A DNA stretch of 64,000 nt from Schmidtea nova (lineage: Eukaryota): contig CM097882.1 in assembly GCA_044892505.1 (NCBI GenBank), positions 100,130,001 to 100,194,000 of the forward strand. The letters run 5' to 3'. Under the pieces are notes generated by a model, which did not search any database, was not told where the DNA came from, and saw only the letters and a list, made by a program, of their open reading frames with translations. Positions 47,201 through 52,021 of this stretch are shown piece after piece; position 1 is the stretch's first letter, and each line of letters starts with the position of its first letter. Position numbers and translations under genes: made by a program.

Positions 47201-47617
47201 GCTGTCTGTAGTTATTTTACTTTCGTTTCCTCTTGTTTCTAGTTCACTGTTAGGTTCGTCACTTGAATTTCGGTCGATCTCAGTTTCCTTTGCTGATTCG
47301 TTATCTGATGCTTTACTATCGTTATCGGTGTCGTCACTTTCTGTTTCTTGTTCTACTTCGTCTTCTATTTCTTCTATATAATCGTTGTTGGTTTTGTCGA
47401 CTTCTATTTCACTTATTGGGTTTCTCTCGGGTTCTGCTTGATTTTCTTTGTTGCTTGAACTGTTGCTTGTTACTGATAATTTATCGTTTTCGATAATCGA
47501 CTTTTGTATTATTATCTGCCTTGCTTTACTTCCTTTTGGGCCTTTCTGATTATTATTCTTGGTAGCTTTATTCTTTTCTGCTGGTTTTATTATGACACTC
47601 TTTTCTCCTTTTCTCAA
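32228..47617 (-). CDS. Single ~5,100-aa Gag-accessory-Env-Pol-ANK-FN3 polyprotein (track start is TTG; first ATG at 47191)
   Basis: 5,129 codons without a stop, carrying Gag, CCHC x3, DTG protease, YIDD RT, RNase H, HHCC/DDE integrase and additional domains. Confidence 0.97.
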   Translation of the reverse strand: MRKGEKSVIIKPAEKNKATKNNNQKGPKGSKARQIIIQKSIIENDKLSVTSNSSSNKENQAEPERNPISEIEVDKTNNDYIEEIEDEVEQETESDDTDNDSKASDNESAKETEIDRNSSDEPNSELETRGNESKITTDSGIEMSEPREEIKDKFSGEPFNGDASKLETFLKEFGIFVEVCKWKPETTVSRIQLYLKDSALDLYLEAKNGTNPPTSWSAIKDFFQQTFGINKVLNEAFTEFSMRKQKINESNAVYASELKKLAKLIFNQDSPINEELMAAIFVGGLRRPDIRAQVGCQGCKTIDQALETANRFELHMIGNDGRIYLAMDTAQNEQEVNLNNHIPNSQQLNRPPPQRRNEGNKVSNYGNQNNYNPQGPTKQCKTCGKLGHWQQECYQNLNCGKCGVKGHSESRCYTITCFNCGRPGHLSRNCGQRSNQRGNWQNTGNRQNYGNQPTGGNRQNYGNQPNNGNQPEYGNQPNSNNNNQNKNTTKEIHLMQEVQRLTELINNTTRGNPQTGQQQINMMRKIESENERLNRESQARHAQEWARIQREEEQKQQERERQPLRINMMRATNQTNTHEKETVPEINPTNPNPTNNEGRKEIIQEDEEAEKETEKEVEKEGNQEEKRKLGKRGMMVILPNKHVFRFQYNIKEEVEILFNKVNEMAPGVTKLPREAFLKIEGAPEVKLKLTDTWENLGVVETKRNVMVIKEIEPEGIPSPVRHETRISRIFKGKMIRRRLGEIDELERKMRKVGVVDDKSESTQKAIKSETRPTENTPSEINQIKHINMLRGQAKKFSDDEEDSDVSSLAGDMLNEPEIEDKKIEVVKTPETIQVKEDEIQKLLDNALEVIYNEEFIDKKHYRKFMRAILQMNYKEWLPGREVETLSQYVGKLLKEPLHEYIILIEIKTCLPRIWIKTPLTEDIYQWVEDRLGSSYKNKFLYSQNGLVKKRTHLIETGIWPGEVTTLSICDDKREENLQEVAKEANMCFERKIKPRLEYEKGRILRGNLNSMIEQIIPQIKKHRKELMRSEYEKLKRCIECIRDTSHTRWSQISYGKVIAKMGKAMFRQGKITDLKISVELPNEDTKEIEVVADCTIKELVNVINETLLQREPEEEWEDDIIMKYNEHVLWDHDERRLYKIGIWDNHQTIHVIRMDDTPRETAKDEKRERERQKEVVHKLQQIVDIYRNWRIWPEWEDVLEELNLNRRLPTPVEKQWNERGKCWEPKAGEYEEEYGIGIEDDHKPETGRVCMVTRKAMPADLDGPETTTMWLEREKQKTEEFVEILKTNAHGKRKVVKGLADFFVVNGEDITCLRKVAKAIAEYKRVNEWCPEQLDHVIKKWRNQEFSQESPQKVHLRIVYPNQEKEEFWVGIAEKVRDIKKKLRYEPPFHLQHQGRSLDNSLEIGITPAQLDIANTLTVAAIAGQPLKLKEEKKPKGSMSTPSPMKSVMTPGTSSEQAKTTPRETRERTPPEPYDVDEIFTDSDDMLEELIELTKEKDDNIFERIQELPTAIPVTNTEDEVEQEIIIEEVNEIAEEEARRANVENVQFTQEMERWLEERANEPRDVTEETGRETRLVETGTTMDKRPRGRPKMDPANVVIKSREEKRRDQWDLCLKKLNKIAETKEKETTQTYQGEEWISKMLMEILAIIDPELKKWWRINEISERAKSLHSAIAPILPELIKEKTRSNHLDWQGTTMLIKKLTEGAETDNKYLIAMAYTIYNLLTLSRGRLKPTALERHIKNTAKIIEKEIEPYIISKGGWETFTETNQKKNQAKNMKRKFEEILGELEKEKSGTGNGKSSLNLSSIIMMMLIWMISTDGATAFEVFDCDQMALGEKYSLRGTEQCKDATPTELKTLKKRQLYHVYQEAELIRTMVRECKIYKTRFAFYCGHRHYSAIVMPGTERESVMLQGEDCEKLFKHGEVETRDRVKIRGKTGVILQQTYYVAGAITGGEGYCQGATYPIFGVAATNLVVIDTYTVELKTYEAFFDPTTGEMKTLPMCKIESNTCQTGMSTLTYQIRGKECQLQLLKEAEFDEIQGKTFQEEEEDEAARGKILQDTVRGEKKIETRTQEKQIKMRNTPTVLITSDADIGMRFVKGKTALKCGVAMLETNYPGIFVSKQEVPSAKRKVHTNDVKLHLYMNNKMDFLFHRGQASLQKVYYDLINNDCILNREILKTKLAVAITNPDSAMPLLPLREGHFGRVVGEVMYVYICKKTNAKVATMTKLQPGQCTNELEIEYKGKVRYVQPVTRIINPVSFEPNPFNCSNAYGPLYQKPDGNWVMFPSRTEVPAPREFELMQLSKGRKFKDVDVSNMGFYSAKDLEAARQNILFPARREAVLSSIVTITGGTNYQGGPNYELLLSPAHFKKATENMMKAMWGRFLIFGQMMAGILGVILIIQIIRVIITQMLACFDIYKREKKVNWKLVVGFLPFLAKTMVLHGHSKDIHRIKRLLKILAKMKGTDEEVGRKFKKIMNNEQARQQLKKERKGLWERMKGYRTQDDSSDDDDDDNEGGQVFKNQVPQYVEKNPAEMWKCYAPPPTMYQEPTPGMRQNTMQMMPMTNIYPMIPEDYRTRRCRSVDPQGDSHTIAVMSSNTGPVLTTTIEINGREIEAMIDTGANISAIDIKWIPQEQRRDIERTNVHVIACSKEVVEVAGRWWVKIKHQNTEIETYVAVIPALSVPCIIGTDLMPALFKEIVIDLGTMRLKDRTGQICAIEAKVTSSKQIIVPARREKICFVKIDPTIEGDMIFEPSKRFEKRKSLPMARGLVSANDNGEIPITVVNFDEEDKIIYENERLGKLTPMMDIEIPIKEGVKEEEPTWNIDSQLLNEDQKKQLERLLIEYKDIFAASDLDLGTCDVTLHTIPLTDETPIALRPYKLAEAQKSVAEAEVQKMLDAEVIEPSCSPWQFPVVMVKKKDGTQRFCIDYRRLNAVTKRDTYPLPDINEMLLTLQGAAYFTSLDLKSGYWQIKMKEEDKEKTAFTIGRDLYQFRKMPFGLTNAPASFQRCMNFVTHGIKQCMVYIDDLLIYSSTFEQHIQDIRDVFVRLRQWKLKLKPSKCDWAKEKVTFLGHIVSAKGKEPDPRNIDKVKECPVPKTITQIQEFLGLCGYYRKFIKDYAGIAKPIQELVKKDVSFIWGSEQQTAFETLRDKLITAPILVHPDFKKPFLLATDASGYAAGAVLGQYDDEGKERVIGYYSRTFKKHEKNYSVTEREALAIILAIKHFKYLLWGHVICITTDHQPLVWLGQHKETSSRLMRWAMQLQEYSPDIKFKSGKANANADCMSRLTFPELTDPEVQRICIVIAEDLDFSELKKDQQEDKELKPIIEFLSSRNMDVFEDNAELKEHMRKYQHRYTIEKGWLLIQDGEKRLMCLPSNRRKEIITQYHDGKLGGHMSSKKTLDRMRQKYYWPTMDEDVKEWIKNCLTCATRKDSGKKWKNPLKPMPIPAEPMTTIAMDVIGPLPESLNGNQYILVITDYLTKFPEAFAMPDQKAKTVARILVEEICCRYGTPKQILTDQGTNFMSEILDEVTNYFRIAKLRTSPYHPQTNGQTERFNGTLIRMLSNYVSKHQTDWDEYVKLCLMAYRMSTHAATKLSPFQLMYGRECNMPIDLEYQPPLSQYMEEDDYVTKFKERMQEIWKTAELNIKFYQESYKDLHDQKKNVKTNDLKPGDWVMIETPEIIPGTVKKLQRPGKGPYEVIYKKENNVKVKLVNRPLIRPIYVNTCRCKKVPKTITTAPEERIITRSQTARMNMLRATNESTEAENNQREKRNKEIVLKAREIMGKWHVRDDILRDIQSIISDYARGLPTKPVISELLEKIPEILSLEDIGGQPALHNAIKWGEVERVKEFLKIAKETNQHLGFGNSEQETPLMVAAIYKSDKAIIDLLINADFNWTERDRENKTVLNHAIWSSNQIMLKQIIEKATWEIDELIKGDIIKEAIKIGNCKTIRKLIKWKRSENDTWVLNINEVYSKGQNALFQFLLKLVCDQKTLLILLDRRKITISKNKEECKFESEKEALFRKIREWCAKSLTKSITYKDISNFQDKYKTVEEEYDKLVDILNHPEKCKQFLGRKERESKRKFTPLFSAEVPYQERLDAIQDKAKELLPEFENSKHTLEILGSIVEKVHAYAEGTYNENDMMIIKREMPVTFLLTKNGVLPIHRALRAGKDRRVVEIARLMQDCGSDMNMKDKKGDTLMIFAARANTKTRVLQELYEAGAGLMGRTNKDSSILDVALLAHNWEVINFIKTITNQEEIEYLTRTVKKASVHSMMHNAELTEAILNWMNPNTNEPAFRINECMEQGQNLYIKCALIINKWPKIIDIFMRRKDLRFTNNPKETERTDKWKELMKTYLNNWIKAKKEILDCKLTDKEIPKQAVTQEYEASILTTITYEKMIEAVNVEDDIFNDQRGGDNTGNDDDSTRENPEDHELSDKEDSEEKGRDTEKNDKNNEFGKQRNNNYKNKNEVKRTGYKQTINPFFKPELLLLTVIMTLISPTQGMICEEKATIQIGNAKGIERVCWSKKDKISGQNSPMDCRISEYEQEIIEIDDLELDTWYRMCTVRKPKDPRSHKTIACANYLTPKVTITVQQSSKGDYVVGKCGRTETQGTKNKKPQTIDRRTTPTIQITIDRPEVRVTTNETERVTYQAELLCLALILTMLKRLEEGIDIDTMAVTEMNDTQNTNPKCWARSNEEIGVSEIKTSRKRKTNKVTKISEVKADRTYELCLLEKERHKKGTTICKTFQPGETIKFIRRGRRNKRTKRRTTIMLELTGMEPDVKGVCWKKQEKKTNQNTPPQCRTNRGTTTIQIEGLESNQTYEICLIRKSDKITVNELECKIYKTPTRTRIGKTTRKSRRQRNKGKTRYTTTFKPNGQQKNQEIQIRTEKNTTATLILWRIDNKTLEICWVIVQKQRERQPRDCGNVKGKEEISIRNLKFNSEYEICAVEKTDILGNQQERCETYYTPVNSTSKGKVRKLEFKEISQTTKQMDAEQVVIDPYARWTPEEVIKEVKRKQQEREQLLNKLKGQYGPMINQSEITKMDVNKQVRELIGLGILAATIPVITVLLIIWIYDVFNKKPITHWPDIKIMNYSIELPEEVQKEFQRRTKGKEFWRQIEDEERYEGETVMVI
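32398..34175 (-). other. Polyprotein domain: second signal peptide, four FN3-like repeats, C-terminal TM
   Basis: PELLLLTVIMTLISPTQG|MICEE. Repeats show CW...IDDLELDTWYRMC / ISEVKADRTYELC / IEGLESNQTYEIC / IRNLKFNSEYEIC, multiple N-X-S/T sequons, and TM LIGLGILAATIPVITVLLIIWIY. Confidence 0.7.
34880..36145 (-). other. Polyprotein domain: two ankyrin-repeat clusters
   Basis: GGQPALHNAI, ETPLMVAA, KTVLNHAI, GVLPIHRAL, GDTLMIFAA, SSILDVAL. Confidence 0.85.
36480..37480 (-). other. Polyprotein domain: integrase (HHCC, DDE, GPY)
   Basis: YHDGKLGGH..CLTC; IAMDVIGPLP; LTDQGTNF; GQTERFNGTL; GKGPYEV. Confidence 0.95.
37780..39010 (-). other. Polyprotein domains: reverse transcriptase and RNase H
   Basis: RFCIDYRRLN, LDLKSGYWQI, MPFGLTNAPASFQ, YIDD (38543-38554); TDASG, TEREALA, TTDH. 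Confidence 0.97.
39480..39830 (-). other. Polyprotein domain: aspartic protease
   Basis: EAMIDTGANIS (DTG at 39761-39769) and CIIGTD. Confidence 0.95.
40290..42215 (-). other. Polyprotein domain: chuvirus/Jingchuvirales-type fusion glycoprotein (Env) with internal signal peptide and TM
   Basis: Signal IIMMMLIWMISTDGATA|FEVFDC. Conserved Cys pattern and motifs FYCG, TNYPGIF, LYMNNK, GEVMYVYIC, CTNEL, QPVTRI and GFYSAKDL..ILFP; TM at ~40380-40472. Confidence 0.8.
42320..42712 (-). other. Polyprotein domain: BCL2-like helical domain
   Basis: ~130-aa all-helical segment ending EPYIISKGGWETF, a BH2 motif (cf. BCL-xL EPWIQENGGWDTF); the canonical BH1 NWGR is absent. Confidence 0.65.
43352..45725 (-). 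other. Polyprotein region: three to four ubiquitin-like folds alternating with helical segments
   Basis: Examples: LKISVELPNEDTKEIEVVADCTIKELV..LYKIGIWDNHQTIHV; LRIVYPNQEKEEFWVGIAEKVRDIKKKL..HLQHQGRSLD; LIETGIWPGEVTTL. Confidence 0.5.
46150..47191 (-). other. gag: Polyprotein domain: Gag (capsid-like region, three CCHC knuckles, N/Q/G-rich repeats)
   Basis: FSGEPFNGD..RKQKINES..FVGGLR; CKTCGKLGHWQQEC, CGKCGVKGHSESRC, CFNCGRPGHLSRNC (46328-46480); GNRQNYGNQP repeats. Confidence 0.93.
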
Positions 47618-48165
47618 CGGGATTACTTTTGTATACTCAATTTTCCTGTCTTATCGTGTTCCGATTCTTTTCTTCCTTAGTTGATTGGTTTGGTTTGATT
47701 GATTTATCTAAAATACAAATGTCACTTCAACGATACTCTATTGTTATCGTTGCGCTTTTATTCCCTTTTTACGGGACTTCTCATTACTGGGTTTCTATTA
47801 TTTTTCCCCATTCCCAGATTCCCCTTTATTTAAGTCTATTTAAATTATCTATATACTAGTCACAATTATCTATTTAGTCATAACAATTATCTATCGGTTA
47901 TTAAAATACATCAATTATTTTTCCCGCGGTCTCCCAATTTATTTGTCGTTCGAACGCTCTAATTCCCTGAGTCATTTGACTCGATTATTATTTTTTCATC
48001 TCTTTATCTTTCTCTCTGCTAGCCTCTAATTATTAATTCTGCCGGTCTTTCCGGTCAGCTCCTATTTCTCAATTCTACTTGCATGCATTATTTTAGGTCG
48101 CATAATCAGCTTTACTCGCATTTCTCAATTCCTGGTGCGCACTATTCTCATTATCGTCGACGATC

Positions 48166-48381
48166 ACAACTCTGGGCCTATATTCCCTCTGTTGTTATTT
48201 CTTATCACTTGCAACCCTGGGCCTATATTCCCTCCGTTGCTACTCAAACGATTGTAACCCTGGGCTTATATTCCCTCCGTTACTATCTTCCTTTAATTTT
48301 AAATAATTGCAACCCTGGGCCTATATTCCCTCCGTTGCTACTCAACAATTGTAACCCTGGGCCTATATTCCCTCCGTTACT
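48166..48381. repeat. Leader tandem array 1 (5 copies of a 26-bp core)
   Basis: aaccctgggcctatattccctccgtt at ~48168, 48213, 48256, 48311 and 48353. Confidence 0.9.
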
Positions 48382-48427
48382 ATATATCCGGATATCCCTA
48401 TTGGCTCCTTTGGCCTCTAATTAATAT

Positions 48428-48592
48428 CAATTATCTCAAATGGCTCTTATGGCCTCAAATTCATATCTCAACTATCTCAAATGGCTCTATTGGCCTTAAA
48501 TTCATATCTCAATTATCTCAAATGGCTCTATTGGCCTTAAATTCATATCTCAATTATCTCAAATGGCTCTATTGGCCTTAAATCATATCTCT
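48428..48592. repeat. Leader tandem array 2 (4 x 41 bp)
   Basis: atctcaaatggctctattggccttaaattcatatctcaatt starting at 48433, 48474, 48515 and 48556. Confidence 0.92.
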
Positions 48593-48635
48593 CAATAACG
48601 CCTAGCTAGGTCATTCAATATGGCTCTTTGGCCTC

Positions 48636-48851
48636 AACCCTTTGTTTCAAGGGACAAACCGCTGATAACCCTTTGTTTCAAGGGACAAATTCTAATAACC
48701 CTTTGTTTCAAGGGACAACCCGCTGATAACCCTTTGTTTCAAGGGACAAATTCTAATAACCCTTTGTTTCAAGGGACAACCCGCTGATAACCCTTTGTTT
48801 CAAGGGACAAATTCTAATAACCCTTTGTTTCAAGGGACAACCCGCTGATAA
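48636..48851. repeat. Leader tandem array 3 (7 hairpin units of alternating 31/30 bp; 61-bp higher-order unit)
   Basis: aaccctttgtttcaagggacaa at 48636, 48667, 48697, 48728, 48758, 48789 and 48819; ccctt/aaggg is an internal inverted repeat. Confidence 0.93.
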
Positions 48852-49326
48852 CTTTTCCTTAACCGGTTAATCGTAATTCTTAACTTCGCTAGCGACTACA
48901 ATTTCTCAGCTGAGTTCTCTCAATTTCATGCGAGCTGATTATGCACCTCTTATTTTTCTCTATAATTCCTCGATTCTTTGTTTTATTACTAATTCTTTCG
49001 CTGATCAGTCATAATTCAATTTTTATTATTTTCTCTGCGCGCATCTTACCTCCTCAGGGTTTTCCCTATTTCTCTCCCCAACCAAAATATACAAAAAGAT
49101 CGCGTTGGTCTACTAATGCGGGATGTGGTGATCAATCACATCACAAAAGCTTTCCAACATTTGCGATTGGCCCCTTTCTATATACCCCGAGTGGGTTGAT
49201 CAACTGGTACCTCCCAATGGGTGCTTAACGGACTACTTGACAGTAGCTCAAAAATTAATTAACATTGTTGATTGCTCCCTTGACTTTGTCATTCGATACA
49301 ATATATTAACACACTCTAAATATTTA

Positions 49327-49788
49327 TTATAAATAAACTACAATTCTATCAGCTACAGAGAAATTGCACATGGGGCACTCATCACACTTATTCGCACAGT
49401 TTTTACAGAATCGAAAATGTCCGCATGGTAGAAACATTATTTGGATTTCACTGTCTTCGCATATGTAACATTGTTTATATTGTTTTGCTGCTTCGACCCC
49501 TTGTGACATCCATCGGTTATATGTTAGGCTTAACTGCTGTTCTATATGTCGGCATCTGATATTCAACTCGGCATCCTCTAATCGTGCTTTGTACCATTTA
49601 TATCGCGTATTTATATCGAGTTTATTTACTTTCTCTATGATTTTTATTAACTCAGTTGTTTCCTCAGTTTGTGTCGTAGGTTCCTCATATTCGGATGCTC
49701 TTATTCGGGTTATTTTTTCGCAGACTGTCTCAAATGTATCGTTCTCGGTGTTGAAAAATTCCTCGATTTCTTTCAGTTTTTCCTCCAT
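49327..49788 (-). CDS. Upstream accessory ORF, 153 aa, with a C-terminal IAP/MDM2-type RING finger (no BIR)
   Basis: CYICEDSEIQIMFLPCGHFRFCKNCANKCDECPMCNFSVADRIVVYL at the extreme C-terminus; ATG start. Confidence 0.9.
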   Translation of the reverse strand: MEEKLKEIEEFFNTENDTFETVCEKITRIRASEYEEPTTQTEETTELIKIIEKVNKLDINTRYKWYKARLEDAELNIRCRHIEQQLSLTYNRWMSQGVEAAKQYKQCYICEDSEIQIMFLPCGHFRFCKNCANKCDECPMCNFSVADRIVVYL

Positions 49789-50092
49789 TTCCTAGATAAT
49801 TTATTTAATTACTGTGTTAATATTATTCGAAAAGTAGTACTGTGTTTCGTTTCTGACAGTTTTATAGCCTCCCCCCGTGTTTCGGTAAATTGTCGTCCCG
49901 ACCTGTTATTTATGAATGCATTTGTTCAATATATCTACTAATTTGTTTTAATTCCCTGTCTGTAATTATCTATTTCCACGCAACTCACTTTTATCTCGAT
50001 TACTCTTTCGGTTACTATTTCTACTCACAAAATTCTGACTTTAAATTTCTCTGTTGTCATTGGGTTCACCTTTTCCGCATAAAACAAAGTTG

Positions 50093-50110
50093 ATCCCGGC
50101 TGAGCCCCCA
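50093..50110 (-). promoter_or_regulatory. Primer-binding site, tRNA-Pro
   Basis: Minus strand TGGGGGCTCAGCCGGGAT lies 6 nt inside the 5' LTR boundary and matches 16/18 of the MLV tRNA-Pro PBS TGGGGGCTCGTCCGGGAT. Confidence 0.88.
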
Positions 50111-50643
50111 AATTTATGCTGGGATTATGGGTGGGTTTTAAGTAATTCAAATAAACAATTAATCATACTAGGGATTCCGCGCCCATAACCATACATAACA
50201 TGACTACTACACGCGTATGCCCTTGACTATTCCCTACTAGTCAAGTTGGTACTGCATACGGTGGTGGAAAAATGATGGGCAGGTGAGCTTTGTCGCCAAA
50301 ACTACTCCCCATTTATCTTCCCTCGGGTTCTTGCTGCCGATAGAAGGTCTTACGCATTTACATTCTATGGATGTTCGTTTCCTACTGAATTTTATACTAC
50401 ATATCCTTATGATCTATCACACGCTTTTCCCAATGACGCTCTCCCTCGCTGTTCTACAAGCCTACGAAAACTCTCGCTGCTAAGTAACGGTCGGTGTAGG
50501 TTTTACGATGCGATTTTTAGTTCTACGAATTACTTATGTAGTCTTATTTTATTTAGTGAAATCACACGATGAGAGAAAAAATTTACACAGTAATACTTTA
50601 TTAAAATAATAAAGACAGGTTGTTATGTTACATGGAGATTTTC

Positions 50644-51228
50644 CTATTCAAACTCCAGGCTAATCTCCTGGATTAACTCTGCTTCGGTTAAGGAGTTCAG
50701 GTGGTGAATTTGTTCGTCCAGGCGCCTTGCAAATTCTCGGCGACGACGACGCTGTCGCGATCCCATTCGATGTTTTCGAAGCTGTGGGTTTATGACCGGT
50801 GCTGACGCTATTGTTCTCGGGGGATCACTGGGAAAAATAGGCAAATCTTCCGTTGTAAGAGTGGGTGCCATGATGATTTCCTCTTCCGTCCCGCAAGCGA
50901 CATCTTGGTGAGTGCATTGTATCCAGCGCTGAGCCGTGATCGGTCGGATTAGCGCTCGTAATTCGGAGTCGATGTAACTTCTTGTTACTGCGTTCAGGCA
51001 ATTTCGGAGTTCTCGCTGGACGGCATCCAGTTCCAATTTGGTTGTAGCCAATGCTTCCTGCACTCGCTCGAGTTTTTTCGACTGGTCCTTCATCTGTTCG
51101 GGCGAGAACCACTTCGCTTTCAATTCATCATTGGCGACCGTGAGTCGCTTGATCTGTCGCTGCTGGTCCCTCAGCTTTCTCTCTTGAATTTGTCCCATGA
51201 TTTTCTTCGAATTTTCTGAAGTCGGCAT
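50644..51228 (-). CDS. LTR ORF-B copy (194 aa)
   Basis: Translation identical to 25318-25902. Confidence 0.8.
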   Translation of the reverse strand: MPTSENSKKIMGQIQERKLRDQQRQIKRLTVANDELKAKWFSPEQMKDQSKKLERVQEALATTKLELDAVQRELRNCLNAVTRSYIDSELRALIRPITAQRWIQCTHQDVACGTEEEIIMAPTLTTEDLPIFPSDPPRTIASAPVINPQLRKHRMGSRQRRRRREFARRLDEQIHHLNSLTEAELIQEISLEFE

Positions 51229-51544
51229 GTTGTCTGAAGATTATAACGATAAATTCACTGGAGGGCCTATCAACAATGTTATTTTATTTAAACAACTATT
51301 ATTATTATTAAACGAGATGTATATTAATGTTTTTAATTGTTGAGTTCTCTACAAAATTATTTACATATCTAATCATTGAAGACTCAAAAGGTTTATTGAA
51401 CTAATTTTATATTAATAAATGAATTTCCTAATGACTATAACAACTACAATACTAAATCTACAGGACAACACTATTAACAAAACGAACATTTCAGAATTCT
51501 TTAAAACATTTATTTAACTTAAAAACAGGCGGCCATTGATTCAG

Positions 51545-52021
51545 CTATTCATCCTCGGTCATTTTTCCTCGATACGAAAATACCGAGCGGATCTGCAAAT
51601 TTGTATGGATTCCTGTGTTATTGGACGAGGCCTGCTGGAAACGGATTCTCTCAGCTTCTCGGAGGGGTCGGATGGCTGTATTGAACTTGAACCCCAATTC
51701 CTTGAAGGTAGAGGCTGGAATGAACCCCCAATAAATGACACATCTCGGGAATCCACCTTTGTCCAACATCATGATGAACCAGGCGGCGTGCCATGATTCG
51801 TATTCCTCGTCTGGAATGATTGGCCAACTAGCGCATCCCCGGTACCATACGTGGTGCCGTGGATGGTCCCATACTGTAAATGGACAGGCGGTTTCGAGCT
51901 CTCGGCGCCATGCCCACATCTTTTGGTGAATTTGCTGTAAAATCTCGAACGGAGCCGGCTTTAATGGGCTAACTCGGGCTCGTTCTTGTCGTTTTTTGAT
52001 AGTGTATCTATGCTTAGCCAT
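51545..52021 (-). CDS. LTR ORF-A copy (158 aa)
   Basis: Translation identical to 26219-26695. Confidence 0.75.
   Translation of the reverse strand: MAKHRYTIKKRQERARVSPLKPAPFEILQQIHQKMWAWRRELETACPFTVWDHPRHHVWYRGCASWPIIPDEEYESWHAAWFIMMLDKGGFPRCVIYWGFIPASTFKELGFKFNTAIRPLREAERIRFQQASSNNTGIHTNLQIRSVFSYRGKMTEDE

Noticed and set aside
32300-47500. Dozens of plus-strand ORFs (and short off-frame minus-strand ORFs) over the polyprotein
   Set aside because: They are shadows of an A-rich coding strand, giving F/L/S/V-rich low-complexity translations with no motifs.
48636-48851. CRISPR-like array (palindromic repeat with intervening sequences)
   Set aside because: The 'spacers' are only 8-9 nt and alternate between two sequences; there are no cas genes and the context is a eukaryotic retroelement. 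It is a tandem repeat.
49186-49194. ccccgagtg matching the reverse complement of sequence beside the 3' LTR
   Set aside because: A 9-nt match is expected by chance.
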